Source: Eledone cirrhosa (Eukaryota). Taken from it: 64,000 nucleotides of DNA. The stretch is from NCBI GenBank assembly GCA_964016885.1, contig OZ024745.1, positions 109,182,001-109,246,000 on the forward strand. The letters run 5' to 3'. Below the pieces are notes generated by a model. The model saw only the letters and a list, made by a program, of their open reading frames with translations. It searched no databases and was not told the origin of the DNA. This document shows positions 1 through 11,582 of this stretch, piece after piece (positions within the stretch are counted from its first letter, which is position 1; every line of letters begins with the position of its first letter). The position numbers and the translations under genes were made by a program.

Positions 1-883
1 TCTATAATATAATATAATAAAGTGCAGGACTGTCCGTTTTATATTTTTTGTATCCCTTTAGTAAAATAAGTTGGATTACTTGAAATAAATAATGAATGAA
101 TATTATGTAATTTATGTACTAAATTTTGTAGCTGTTGATTAAACATAAATATTCTTATATATAAACTATTGCTTATTTTAAGATTCACTTCTTTAAAATT
201 TTCAAATGTCAACACTTCCGATTAGCGTCTGTTATATTATAACATTTATTACATAGCTTATGTAAACGTTAATATATTTCATCGTTATATAAGGTTTATA
301 TTTCCGTCACTAATTTTTTACCTTTTCGTTTTCATAACACTGCAGTTTATATATATGCAGTTGATATATAATATTGTCTTTTTTTAATGTATCACGGATT
401 ACAGAAGAGAGTGTAACACATACTTCGTTCAATTTCTGTGTATTTCATTTGACGTATATCTACATGCATATATATTTGCGTATAATATCACTATGCACAC
501 TAAGGGGGGGGGGGGGGGGTTCTGCTAGTTAGTATTAATGAAATGTCTTGTCAAGGGAAAGAACTCTGAAATTTGAATCGATTAAAAATTGAAATGGAGA
601 CATGCAGTATCGTTTGAGTGTAAGTACAATGACAACTCTGTGTGTGTGTTTAAGTCTTATTAGAAAGATTGCTTTCCTAGACATAATGTTTTCCCTGCTC
701 AGATTGCGGAAATTGCTATTCTCCACGATAGAAGTAACTGCTTTAGAAGTAACTGCTCTTCTGTTAAGTTCGGTTCATTGTATTTATATAAGTAAGGAAT
801 GAATATGTATATATATATATATACATGCACATGTATCTAAGGAATATATTTGTATGCACATATATGTGCATATATATTGTATG

Positions 884-931
<48 letters not shown>

Positions 932-1359
932 AGGAATAATTTTGCAGAAAAACAGTAACAGCAATAAGAAATACTCTAAATAAAATAAATTTAAAAAAAA
1001 CATTAAAAAATATAAATATTTGAAATCTTCTCCTGTGTCTTCTTTAAATTATCTAAGAAAACAGATCATATTTTTCTAAAACAGACCACATTCTTCTAAA
1101 CAAGTTATTTTTATCTAAGATTGGAAATAAATAGAAATTTAAATTACAGATTTCATATTTCCTCATATTCCTCTCTGATTCTTAAATATTTCTTTTTACT
1201 TTCTTTCTTTCGTTCTTTCTTTCTTTCTACCATTTTATTCTCATTTTTGTTTCCTAGTCAGTATTGATCGTGTTAGTTCTTTGAGTGGATTAGTGTTTTT
1301 AATTATCTCAATGTCATGGCAAATATCATGATATGAACATGTGTGTGTATATATATATA

Positions 1360-2213
1360 TATATATATGTATATGTGTGAGAGGGGGGAGAGTCAAACGT
1401 GTGTATGTATACGTGTGAGGGGGGAGAGGCGAACGTGTGTATGTATATGTGTAAGAGGGGGAGTCGAACGTGTGTATGTATATGTGTAAGGGGGGGAGAG
1501 GCGAACGTGTGTATGTATATGTGTAAGGGGGGAGAGGCGAACGTGTGAATGTATATGTGTAAGGGGGGAGTCGAACGTGTGTATGTATACGTGTGAGGGG
1601 GGAGGCGAACGTGTGTATGTATATGTGTAAGAGGGGGAGTCGAACGTGTGTATGTATATGTGTGAGGGGGGAGAGGCGAACGTGTGTATGTATATGTGTG
1701 AGGGGGGGAGTCGAACGTGTGTATGTATATGAGGGGGGGAGTCGAACGTGTGTATGTATATGAGGGGGGGGGGAGTCGAACGTGTGTATGTATATGTGTA
1801 AGGGGGGGGGGGTTCGAACGTGTGTATGTATGTGTAAGGGGGGGAGTCGAACGTGTGTGTGTATGTATGTGTAAGGGGGGGGAGTCGAACGTGTGTGTGT
1901 ATGTATATGTGTGAGAGGGAGAGTCGAACGTGTGTATGTATATGTGTGAGGGGGAGAGGCGAACGTGTGTATGTATATGTGTGAGGGGGAGAGGCGAACG
2001 TGTGTATGTATATGTGTGAGGGGGAGTCGAACGTGTGTATGTATATGTGTAAGGGGGAGTCGAACGTGTGTATGTATATGTGTGAGGGAGGGGAGAGTCA
2101 AATGTGTTCATACGTGTCATGGTGAGTCGAATGTGCGTATGTATCTATGTGTGTGAGTGGGGAGTCGAATGTGTGTATGTATCTGTGTGTATGTATGTGT
2201 GAGGGGGAGTCGA

Positions 2214-2246
<33 letters not shown>

Positions 2247-2312
2247 CGTGTGAAGAGAGAGTCGAATATGTGTATATATATATATATATATACGCGTGAG
2301 AGGAGAGCCGAA

Positions 2313-2402
<90 letters not shown>

Positions 2403-2460
2403 GAGAGAGTCTAATACATATGTATATGATGTGTGAGGGGAGAGTCGAATATGTGTATAC
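1360..2460. repeat. ~38-41 bp minisatellite, unit ~GGGGGAGTCGAACGTGTGTATGTATATGTGTRA, degenerating after ~2100
   Basis: Unit directly visible many times in tandem; the His/Thr-rich ORFs over it are repeat translations. Confidence 0.95.
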
Positions 2461-2889
2461 GTTAGTGTAATTTGAATATGTCTGTACGTGGTGTATTTGG
2501 TCGTCTGCGGGGAAACAGTCTAAAGAAGCATGACATTTCAGGAAGAAAATGGCTGCATGAATTGGTTTTACTAGGTTTTAATCTGAAATAAGAGATGGGA
2601 ACAAAAACAACAAGTTCTCCTGGGGAAACGGCATAAGATGCCATCAGTTGTACAGATTTATGGTTCAATCTAAATATTGCATGCTATCAACGATAGTTTG
2701 GCTAATAAGCAGTCTAGTACTGTTTTCAAGATTGATTGGCGGTTGATTTCTGTCCAGTGTTCATCAATGAACTTTTCTCTCATAACATTATTATCAGTTT
2801 TGTTCATTTTGTGTGAATTATACTGAGTAATAAGCTGGGTGTCATGTAACCTAAGTTGGATAACTAGAGAGGAAACAGCAGAATAGTGA

Positions 2890-3417
2890 TAATAATGACA
2901 ACGATGGTGATGGTGACAACGATGGTGGTGGTGGTGGTGGTGATGAAGGTGGTGGTGGTGGTGGTGGTGATGAAGATGGTGGTGGTGGTGGTGGTGATGG
3001 TGGTGGTGGTGGTGGTGGTGGTGGTGATGCTGATGATGGTGGTGGTGATGATGGTGGTGGTGGTGATGGTGGTGATGGTGGTGGTGATGATGGTGGTGGT
3101 GGTGATGATGAAGATGGTGGTGATGGTGCTGGTGGTGATGGTGATGGTGATGGTGGTGGTGGTGGTGATGATGGTGGTGATGTTGGTGGTAGTGATGTTG
3201 GTGGTGATGATGGTGGTGGTGATGGTTGTGGTGGTGATGGTGGTGGTGGTGATGGTAGTGGTGATGATGGTGGTGGTGATGGTTGTGGTGGTGATGGTGG
3301 TGGTGGTGATGGTAGTGGTTGTGATGGTGGTGGTGGTGATGGTGGTGATGATGGTGGTGGAGATGGTGATGATGATGGTGGAGATGGTGGTGATGGTGAT
3401 GGTGGTGATGGTGATGA
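2890..3417. repeat. (GGT/GAT)n trinucleotide microsatellite
   Basis: Continuous GGT/GAT triplets; yields the poly-Val/Met ORF. Confidence 0.97.
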
Positions 3418-3609
3418 GACTGAATTACTGTTGCTATTATTACATCATACTAAGTGCTGCAGAGTAAGTAATGAGACAAGAGAGGGGGGTGGGTGGGTTC
3501 GTGACTAAACCGACATATTTGTAAGCTAGAACTAGGAAGTTCAAGATCCGCGTTAGAGAAAGAAAACTAACCCCGCCTTGTTTTGTGGGGCATTATTTGG
3601 AAGAGCGAA

Positions 3610-3631
3610 CAAGAGAGAGAGAAATAAAGGG

Positions 3632-3694
<63 letters not shown>

Positions 3695-3955
3695 AAGGGC
3701 CAGAGAGGGAGAGAGAGAGAGATAGAGATAAATAAAGGGCCAGAGAGAGAGAGAGAAATAAAGGGCCAGAGAGAGAGAGATAGAGAGAGAGAGATAGAGA
3801 GAAATAAAAGGCCAGAGAGAGAGAGAGAGAGAGATAGAGAGATAGGGATAGAGAGAGAGAGAAATAAAGGGCCAGAGAAAGAAAGAGAGAGAGAGTGAGA
3901 GAGAGAAATAAAGGGCCAGAGAGAGAGAGAGAGAAATAAAGGGCCAGAGAGAGAG
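3610..3955. repeat. (GA)n array punctuated by repeated AAATAAAGGGCCA
   Basis: About eight AAATAAAGGGCCA(GA)n units visible. Confidence 0.95.
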
Positions 3956-3964
3956 TAATCAATG

Positions 3965-4354
3965 ATAATTTCTACTTTAGGCACAAGGCCAGTAATTTTG
4001 GCGGAAGAGAAAGTCGATTATATTGAGACCAGTGCATTACTGGTACTTTATTTTATCGACCACGGAAGGATGAAAGGTAAAGTTGACCTCGGTGGGATTT
4101 GAAACCAGAATGTAGAAAGGAGTAACGAAATACTGCAATAAATTTCATCAGACGCTCTACCGACTGTGCCAACAAATAATTGTTTCTACTTTAGGCACAA
4201 GGCCAGCAATTACCCAGTGCATTACTGGTACTTTATTTTATCGACCCCGTAAGGATGAAAGCCAAAGTTAACCTCGGCAGGATTTGAACTCAGAATGGCA
4301 AGGACCGTAACTCTATGCGTCAAAGCATGGCGTCCGACCCTCTACCGATCCCAA
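3965..4354 (-). mobile_element. Two tandem copies of tRNA-derived SINE family A
   Basis: Reverse complement of the copies at 5035 and 6534: A-box-like TGGCAGTATCGGTAGAG, B-box GAGTTCAAATCC, body CTTTGCCTTTCATCCTTACGGGGTCGATAAAATAAAGTACCAGT, (ATT)n tail. Confidence 0.9.
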
Positions 4355-4399
4355 TTAGTTCTATTAAAAACCTAAATCTAATTCTCCTATGTTATTGTT

Positions 4400-4590
4400 G
4401 ATGTCGTTTAACGCTAGGGCAGACCTGAGGATGGGTATTCCAGACGAGACTATATTTTGGGCTTTTTTCGGACATGGCATATCATAAACTACATTAACCA
4501 AAGTGTACACAATTTTAAGATGATATGGTATGTGATTCGACAGCGATTTGGCTACTATTTCTAGCAAGTTGAGTGATCACATTGAAGTTC
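4400..4590 (+). repeat. Interspersed repeat family D copy
   Basis: Shares motifs ACTACATTA...GATTTGGCTACTATTTCTAGCAAGTTGAG with copies at 14.1-14.65, 15.2, 26.3, 27.15-28.3 and 48.6 kb. Confidence 0.65.
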
Positions 4591-4769
4591 TCCAGTTGTG
4601 TTATTTTAATATTTGTATAATATAAGTTTCAAATTAAAAAAAAAAAAAAAAAACACTTTTATATAATCCACTATTTACTATAAAATTAAGTTAAAGTCTA
4701 GGAGCTCATCGTGGTTTCAATGGAGTTAAGCGGCTGATTGTATAAGACGCCATTCTCTTGTACCACAGT

Positions 4770-4935
4770 CCCCACCCCAACTGACGCTGGTATTTACGTT
4801 TTTACAGCTGAGTGGAATGGAGTAGCATGAAATGAAGTGTCTTGCACAAGGAAACAACGTGCGCCATATTGTCCGGAAATCAAACCTTTGATCTGAAGAT
4901 CGTGAATCCAACATCCTGACTACTAGTCTGCTTGT
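4770..4935 (-). mobile_element. SINE family B (tRNA head + CORE-like domain), partial
   Basis: Reverse complement reads GTTGTTTCCTTGTGCAAGACACTTCATTTCATGCTACTCCATTCCACTCAGCTGTAAAA, matching 56278-56617; resembles the MIR/CORE domain. Confidence 0.75.
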
Positions 4936-5034
4936 CTTTCGTCTTCTTGTATAATCATGACAACATAGAATGATGGGGTGGGGGGGGGGGGGTGCAGTTA
5001 ATAAACTGTCCGCATTATATATGTTAGGTTCGAA

Positions 5035-5213
5035 TTGGCAGTATCGGTAGAGGGTTGGACGCCATGCTTTCTAGCATAGTTACGTCCCTTTACGGTCTGA
5101 GTTCAAATCCCGCCAAGGTTGACTTTGCCTTTCATCCTTACGGGGTCGATAAAATAAAGTACCAGTAATGTACTGGGTAATTGCTGGCCTTGTGCCTAAA
5201 GTAGAAACAATTA
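5035..5213 (+). mobile_element. SINE family A
   Basis: Pol III A/B box-like head, conserved body, AT-rich tail; near-identical to 6534, 13101 and 34381. Confidence 0.92.
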
Positions 5214-5705
5214 TATATGTTAGATTCATTAGTCATATATCAATATATCATTTCTCCGTTCGAAACCGGTGAGTAGGGATGAGAAAGTATTGTAGGGAAA
5301 CTGAACGTGGTCAATTGGCCTAGTAAAGAATAAAAAAATAGAAGCCAATACTCAGATTAGATTAAGAAAAGTATATCTCCATTGGTATTTCTATTGCTGA
5401 TACTACCTGTCGGTTGGACTCCTGGTAGAAAGGCTACAAGATTTACCGGCAGAAAGAGATGAGTCTTGAACTCCGAATGTTCAGAGAGGAAGACTAAATA
5501 TCGAGGCATTTAATCCGATTGATATAAGTGTATCGAACTAGACAAACTGAGTTTGTGCTAGTACTGTTCCAACTGCTCGATGAATACCGAAGCGCCCAGT
5601 CTGTGATTCTGAGCGCACACATTTAGGTATTAGTGGTAAGTTCGGGATTATGTGCCGTGCACCCAGTACACATAGGTCACGCATAAAATCCAGAATATAC
5701 ATATA

Positions 5706-5806
5706 CAAGGTGTCTTCCAAAAATGTACACACGTTTTGATTACCTGTACAAGCAATATTTATTAGAATGCTGTTGAGGTGGGTATACATTTTTGGGGAAC
5801 ACTCTG
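5706..5806. mobile_element. Tc1/mariner-type MITE (~100 bp)
   Basis: Imperfect TIRs CAAGGTGTCTTCCAAAAATGTACAC / GTATACATTTTTGGGGAACACTCTG flanked by TA; second copy at 7684-7781 in opposite orientation. Confidence 0.8.
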
Positions 5807-5820
5807 TATATATATATATA

Positions 5821-6028
5821 CAATATATTAACAAATGGAAACTATATTTATAAAACCATATTTATTTTATTATACATATTTCAAGGGCTACCAAGGCAAA
5901 TTATGGTGCGCTTTCATCAGATAAAATACAATACAGATTAGTTTTATAAATAAATATTGACATACCCTGAAAAAAGACAACCTTAACGGTTGGAGCTTCC
6001 TGTATCCCAACAAATTAAATATAACCTC

Positions 6029-6032
<4 letters not shown>
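5821..6032 (-). mobile_element. Penelope-like pLTR remnant, family G, inserted in (TA)n
   Basis: Homologous to 12551-12993; contains a hammerhead core; flanked by (TA)n on both sides. Confidence 0.7.
5863..5928 (-). ncRNA. Minimal type I hammerhead ribozyme
   Basis: Minus strand: UAUUUUAU-CUGAUGA-[AAGCGCACCA...UGGUAGCCCUU]-GAAAU-AUGU-AUA-AUAAAAUA; 8-bp stem I, intact core, AUA triplet. Confidence 0.75.
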
Positions 6033-6077
<45 letters not shown>

Positions 6078-6533
6078 GAATGTAGGGAGTGTGTGAGATG
6101 GAGGCAGTGACAGTAGGAGTTTGGTTTCATTGTGTTCGGACTGGACTATATGTATATATTTATTTACCACACCACACATTTACTATCTTTACCATTTACA
6201 TTACTCTATATATACTATTGGATTTTTGTGGTCTGCCTGATCAGTGGATCTGGTAATATGCACATCTGACTGATCAGCCAGTCTGCTAATATGCAAATCA
6301 GGCCGATCAGTCACTGTGTATTTTTGAAAATAGCATATATTTTCACTAGCTCTGACAGTTTGGCAGGTGAACAGTGAGCTGTACTGATAAAGGGTGATAC
6401 CCAGAAACATTAGTGTCTACAGTTCTGTTCGCATGCCAACACAAGAGAAAGAATGAAGTGTTCATTCTACTGACATGGCTATAAAATTGAGGTTTGTTTG
6501 CAACATTGCAAACGAATCGAATGTTATTATTAA

Positions 6534-6715
6534 TTGGCAGTATCGGTAGAGGGTCGGACGCCATGCTGTGCAGCACAGTTACGTCCCTTTACGGATTGAG
6601 TTCAAATCCCGCCGAGGTTAACTTTGCCTTTCATCCTTACGGGGTTGATAAAATAAAGTACCAGTAATACACTGGGATAATTGCTGGCCTTGTGCCAAAA
6701 GTAGAAACAATTATT
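6534..6715 (+). mobile_element. SINE family A
   Basis: Full head, body and tail match to other family A copies. Confidence 0.92.
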
Positions 6716-6772
6716 AATATTCGAAAAACTCAGATTACATTTATTGTATTCAGCCATGTAGGCCGAACTTTT

Positions 6773-6821
<49 letters not shown>

Positions 6822-7032
6822 AAATAGTGAATTACCTATATACATAAATATCTAATAATAGGACATATCAAACATTATCAGGAGACAATCTGTATAGAAT
6901 GTAAGAGTACATAGTTCGTTACAGTATCATATTAAAATTTAACAAAAATTTAAAATATAGATATCTGATAAAAATCATATATATGTGTTAAAGCTTGATA
7001 TGTCCTATTATACATTTATATCATTAGATATT

Positions 7033-7069
<37 letters not shown>

Positions 7070-7178
7070 TTCACTATTTTGTAATGATTAAATACTCGGA
7101 TTTATTCTTTGAGCTTATTTTGGGAGGCAAGACACATGTTCGAGATTATCTCAAACATGACATCTATAACTTTGAATG

Positions 7179-7232
<54 letters not shown>

Positions 7233-7683
7233 TTTGCGGAGGAAAACGATAGTCTGGGAAACGTGGACACCGGATGTCTCAATGTTGGCTGGCACGAAAA
7301 CAAAGCAATCTGTCAAGTTCCGGTATTAGGATATCAACCACACATCTAGGTTACTGTCGGCAGAGCCTGGATTTGTGGCTTACTTTACGACAATCATAGA
7401 TTTTGTTACTTTTTAGTCACTTTCTAAAAGAATGTTTCATGTGGTCAGTTGTATGTTTCTTTTAGAAGAGTAAACAGCAGAAATCTTGTTCATTTTAGTG
7501 CCTGATGGTAAAACTAATAATACAATATACCCCCGAGCACACTAACTGACATTGGAAAAAGTCAATGATTAGAAAAATAATTGATTTAGTGTAATTATGT
7601 AAATTAGTAGAGTATTTTGAAAAAACTTTCCTAGAAAATAACCAAAAGAAAATGAAATAAATTTCATTTCAGTTTCCATATTT

Positions 7684-7781
7684 GGTGTCCCTCCAAAATA
7701 TATACACACTTCAACAGCATTCTAATAAATATTGCGTGTACAGGTAATCAAAATATGTATACATTTTTGGGGGACACCTTG
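7684..7781. mobile_element. Tc1/mariner-type MITE, same family as 5706-5806
   Basis: Reverse-complement match to 5706-5806, including internal CAACAGCATTCTAATAAATATTGC. Confidence 0.8.
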
Positions 7782-8131
7782 TATTTCAGGTTCCATATTT
7801 GTTTGTTTATATATTTCAAGTTATATATTTTACACATTTTTAAATGCACTACTGGAACCATCTTTCGAATTGCTACAATTCTGAATGAAACAATATTTCC
7901 GAACCAATTCAAGATTGTCAGAATCTTGTTAAAGCAATTTACCCAAAATATAGTGAATTCTTGTGATTATATTTATTTTAGGTATTAATAAACACAGACA
8001 AAACTAAATACTGCGATTAATATATTCCATTCTTTCTTTTACTATCGATATGCTTATATATTTATTGTCTTCGTTTTAGTTATTGTCTTTGTCCCATTTG
8101 CTTTATATACATACATACATCTATATATATA

Positions 8132-8310
8132 TAGAAGTGGTAACACAACAGTTAGTTCACCATACCGAGTACAATTGTTTCACCTTAGCGGATCTTCAGC
8201 TCCGACTGGTTCTGGGTATGGTGAACTAACTGTTGTGTTACCACTTCTACCTAACTCATCCCATGGACTGAGTGCTCTACCACTACGGATATTACCTTCC
8301 AGTGTTCTAG
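8132..8310 (-). mobile_element. Fold-back Penelope-like pLTR remnant, family F
   Basis: 35-bp perfect inverted arms 8132-8166 / 8215-8249 enclosing a hammerhead core; homologous to 12006-12186 and 25620-25720. Confidence 0.7.
8165..8204 (-). ncRNA. Minimal type I hammerhead ribozyme
   Basis: Minus strand: GAG-CUGAAGA-UCCGCUAAGGU-GAAAC-AAUU-GUA-CUC; palindromic stem III loop, GUA triplet, short stems I and II. Confidence 0.65.
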
Positions 8311-8377
<67 letters not shown>

Positions 8378-8378
<1 letters not shown>

Positions 8379-8825
8379 CGAAGGAAGTGTGGTAAGGAAC
8401 CAGATGGACCATAACGCACCAGAGTACTCAATACTTAGGAAAGTAGAGTGGGTCATAGGAAAAGTTTAACGGCTTGAGCTCTGCAGTCGGGGTTAAACTT
8501 TTTCCTCTCTCTCTCTATATATATATGTTCTACCTCTCTCTCTCTATATATATATATATAACGAAGGAGTTGTGGTAAGGAACCAGATGGACCATAACGC
8601 ACCAGAGTACTCAATACTTAGGGTAGTAGAGTGGGTAATAGGAAAATGTATGACCCCGATGGCAGAGCTCAAGTTCGAACGGCTATTTCTGGACGAAATT
8701 AGAATTTTTAGCCTGGTAAATAAATAATAAATATTTATTTACCAGACTAAAAATTCTAATTTAGTCCAGAAATAGCCGCCGAAACGGCTTGAGCTCTGCC
8801 GTCGGGGTCATATATTTTTTCCTAT
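8378..8825 (+). mobile_element. Two adjacent copies of short element family E (8378-8505, 8561-8825); second has a ~90-bp-arm hairpin
   Basis: Both start (TA)n-ACGAAGGA..TGTGGTAAGGAACCAGATGGACCATAACGCACC; inverted arms ~8638-8726 / 8732-8825; GAAACGGCTTGAGCTCTGCCGTC hammerhead 3' half at 8781. Confidence 0.7.
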
Positions 8826-8840
8826 ATATATATATATATA

Positions 8841-8956
8841 GGGTATCCCACAATGATGGGACACATTTTATTGTTAATTTTCAAGCGCGTGTACATTTAA
8901 AATTTCTATTTTAATGTTTATGCTGTTAAATGTGTCCCTTCATTATGGGACATTTG
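8841..8956. mobile_element. Second Tc1/mariner-type MITE family
   Basis: Imperfect TIRs GGGTATCCCACAATGATGGGACACATTT / AAATGTGTCCCTTCATTATGGGACATTTG with TA flanks. Confidence 0.65.
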
Positions 8957-8957
8957 T

Positions 8958-9080
<123 letters not shown>

Positions 9081-10224
9081 GGTGGCTGCCAACTCGTTTT
9101 CGAGTACGGCCACTACTTTATATCCGTGTAGGAGAACCCCTACCGATGCGCTGAACGAGTGTGACTTTTTAGTCCAGCCAGCGACTTGAAAACTCTGGTA
9201 CAAACACTACACTTGCGACAATTATTGACACATAGTGCTGGGCCCATGGTACCATGTGACGACAAGTGCAGAGAGATCTCCAGATATAAAGCAATGCCTG
9301 TGCCGTGAAGCTTTTATAGTGAGCAAAGGCACTGCACAAATCCAGTCCCACTCTCTTAACCAAGATGATATTTACCAAAAAGAAGAACAAGTCAACATCA
9401 TTGGATACCATCAGGGTTGCAGGTGTTATATCAGAGTTTTCCTTCTCCTAGAATTCTGCCTTGACAAAGGCTAAGGGGTCATCTCTCCCAGATATATGCA
9501 TGTATATGTATATATAAGCGTACGTTAGAGTGCTTGACCGAAAAAGAGTCATAATAATTCTATGAATCGCTACATCTAGTCGAAGAAAACTCAATACAAG
9601 TGTTGAATATATGTTTTTTTTAATTTATTTATTGAAGGAACTGAAGGGGCAATTAGTGACAAACCAGTTTCAACACATAATCCGCTTTCTTCTAACGTGA
9701 GCTATTCCTAATATTATTACAAACAAATACACAGAGTTGAATTTAGACAGGAGGGCTGGGACACTTCCGGTTTGGGGCGCCCATCATAAAGAACAAATTA
9801 TAATACATATCAAGCCCCTCAAAGTTAGCTAGGAGCAAGTAATTGGAATTGAAAAGTCCTACATACAGGTATTAAATTCAAATATTCTAACCATCCTAAA
9901 TCTAAAAAGCCCAACTGAGGCCACAAATAAATTGCTACGGCGTCGCTGGTGTAGTCCTCCCACTGCAGGGGCCCCGGGGTAATTGCCCCCCCCCCTCCCC
10001 CTCCTATTAAATCTAGCCCTATATACACACACGGATTATTAGGATTGTAGGGGTACAGACACGCATATATATATACTAGGTGTTACTAGGCATCCACGTA
10101 GATAACCAAATTCATCAGCCTGGACAATATTCCGACATTAGTAGGTGTTATAAGATCTTCGATAGTCCAAGATCTCATCTTGGACTATCTACCAGTCCAT
10201 CGAAAATGTAATTTCCGGCTGCTA

Positions 10225-10360
10225 CGGTTACTCATTATTTCAGCTGATTGAAGTGGAGCAATGTGAAATGAAGTGTCTTGCTCAAAGAAATAATGTCCAG
10301 TCCGCTCCGGGGATTTAACTCACGGTCTTTCACCCCAACGATACAGCTACACACCTTCGC
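10225..10360 (-). mobile_element. SINE family B, partial
   Basis: CAGCTGATTGAAGTGGAGCAATGTGAAATGAAGTGTCTTGCTCAAAG is the reverse complement of the CORE-like domain. Confidence 0.7.
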
Positions 10361-10369
10361 TATACACTC

Positions 10370-11010
10370 AGAAAATAGCTATTAAATGGTGGGTTATCTG
10401 GGCTAATGAAGATACTGGCGAAGTGATTAACCAGGCAACGGTTAGTTTCACGAATAGAGACACAGTACTGCAGAGTTTGTCTGCGATAAAGCCTATGATG
10501 TTGACGAACGTGCGGCTTAAGTCTTTGGCGATTTGGTCTTGGATTGTGAAGCCGGAGACTGTCGTGGCATTATTGGTGTAGGGACAGGTGAGACATATGT
10601 GGGGGCACACTTGAAAGTATCTAGTTGTACACGGATGACGCTAGAAAGCTTCTAAAATATTGCGAATATTCTTATTTCGTTTGAAGACAGGAAGAGGTGG
10701 TGTGGAACAGTGTGGAGCGATTATAAGGTCAGAGAGTAAACAACTGAAAGTTGCGGAAGAGTGTAAGATTCAATGGGAAAATGGTTGGTAATGAAGAGTG
10801 CAATCCAAGGTCTGGATGTGCAGGTAAGAACGTAAAAGAGTGGTTGTACAATCAATGACCTTAGTTTCGTGGAATGCGAGATCTATAACAGATTTAAAGG
10901 TACCTCGTCTAAAGAATAGCCGCATTTCTTCAAATTTGAAGTTAAAATGTAAATCTTTCCTCCCTAACCGAGAAAGTGTTCTAATGGATTTAGTGTCGGG
11001 GTTGGGGCTG
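10370..11010 (-). pseudogene. Decayed Penelope-like element ORF: RT thumb, linker, Cys motif and start of GIY-YIG endonuclease
   Basis: Frameshifted minus-strand peptides FNFKFEEMRLFFRRG, PPLPVFKRNKNIRNIL, CLTCPYTNNATTVSG, VNIIGFI..KLC..IRETNRCL follow the order of PLE motifs (F..RGY, PPL..FKR.KN...L, CxxCP, NVIYCI.C..C...YIGET.R.L). Confidence 0.75.
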
Positions 11011-11349
11011 AGAATATTATTCATAAGGCTGACTAGGCTGAAGCTTCAGGCCTCACAACGATAATGTGTGTGTGAATATATATATATACATACATATATA
11101 TATATATATACATACATATATACATACACTAAATCATTTTCAAATACGAAAACAGATAAAAGTAGGTGAAGAAGTTTTAACAGTTGAAAAATACGAGATT
11201 TTTTACAGTAAACTGTTTATAAGGCTACATACATTTTCTTAAAAAGCATGAATTCTTTACTACGAGTGTTTATGTATTCATGTAGAGTAAATATTACATT
11301 GAAAATAAGACCAAATACAAACTAAGTAATAGTATTTGGTCTTATTCTC

Positions 11350-11582
11350 AGGGTAGTATGTGAGTCCCGGGTTCAATCGGGGATAACCACAGTAAGTAAG
11401 GTACTCAATAAATTACTAGAGTGTATACAACAAATTTAATATAGAAATGGCTTCTACAGGACTAGAACTGTTTCAGAAAGCCTTCTTGATGGTTTCCTTC
11501 GAATGAAACAGTTCTAGTCGTGTAGAAGCCATTTCTATATTAAATTTGTTGTATACACTCTAGTAATTTAGTGAGTTCCTTA
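11350..11582 (+). mobile_element. Fold-back element family H (79-bp inverted arms 11397-11475 / 11504-11582)
   Basis: Arms are reverse complements with about three mismatches; loop/arm contains CTTGATGG...GAAACAGTTCTAGTC, a degenerate hammerhead. Confidence 0.65.

Noticed and set aside
1241-2120. 286-aa and 264-aa His/Thr/Pro-rich ORFs
   Set aside because: Translations of the minisatellite in overlapping frames; no non-repetitive domain.
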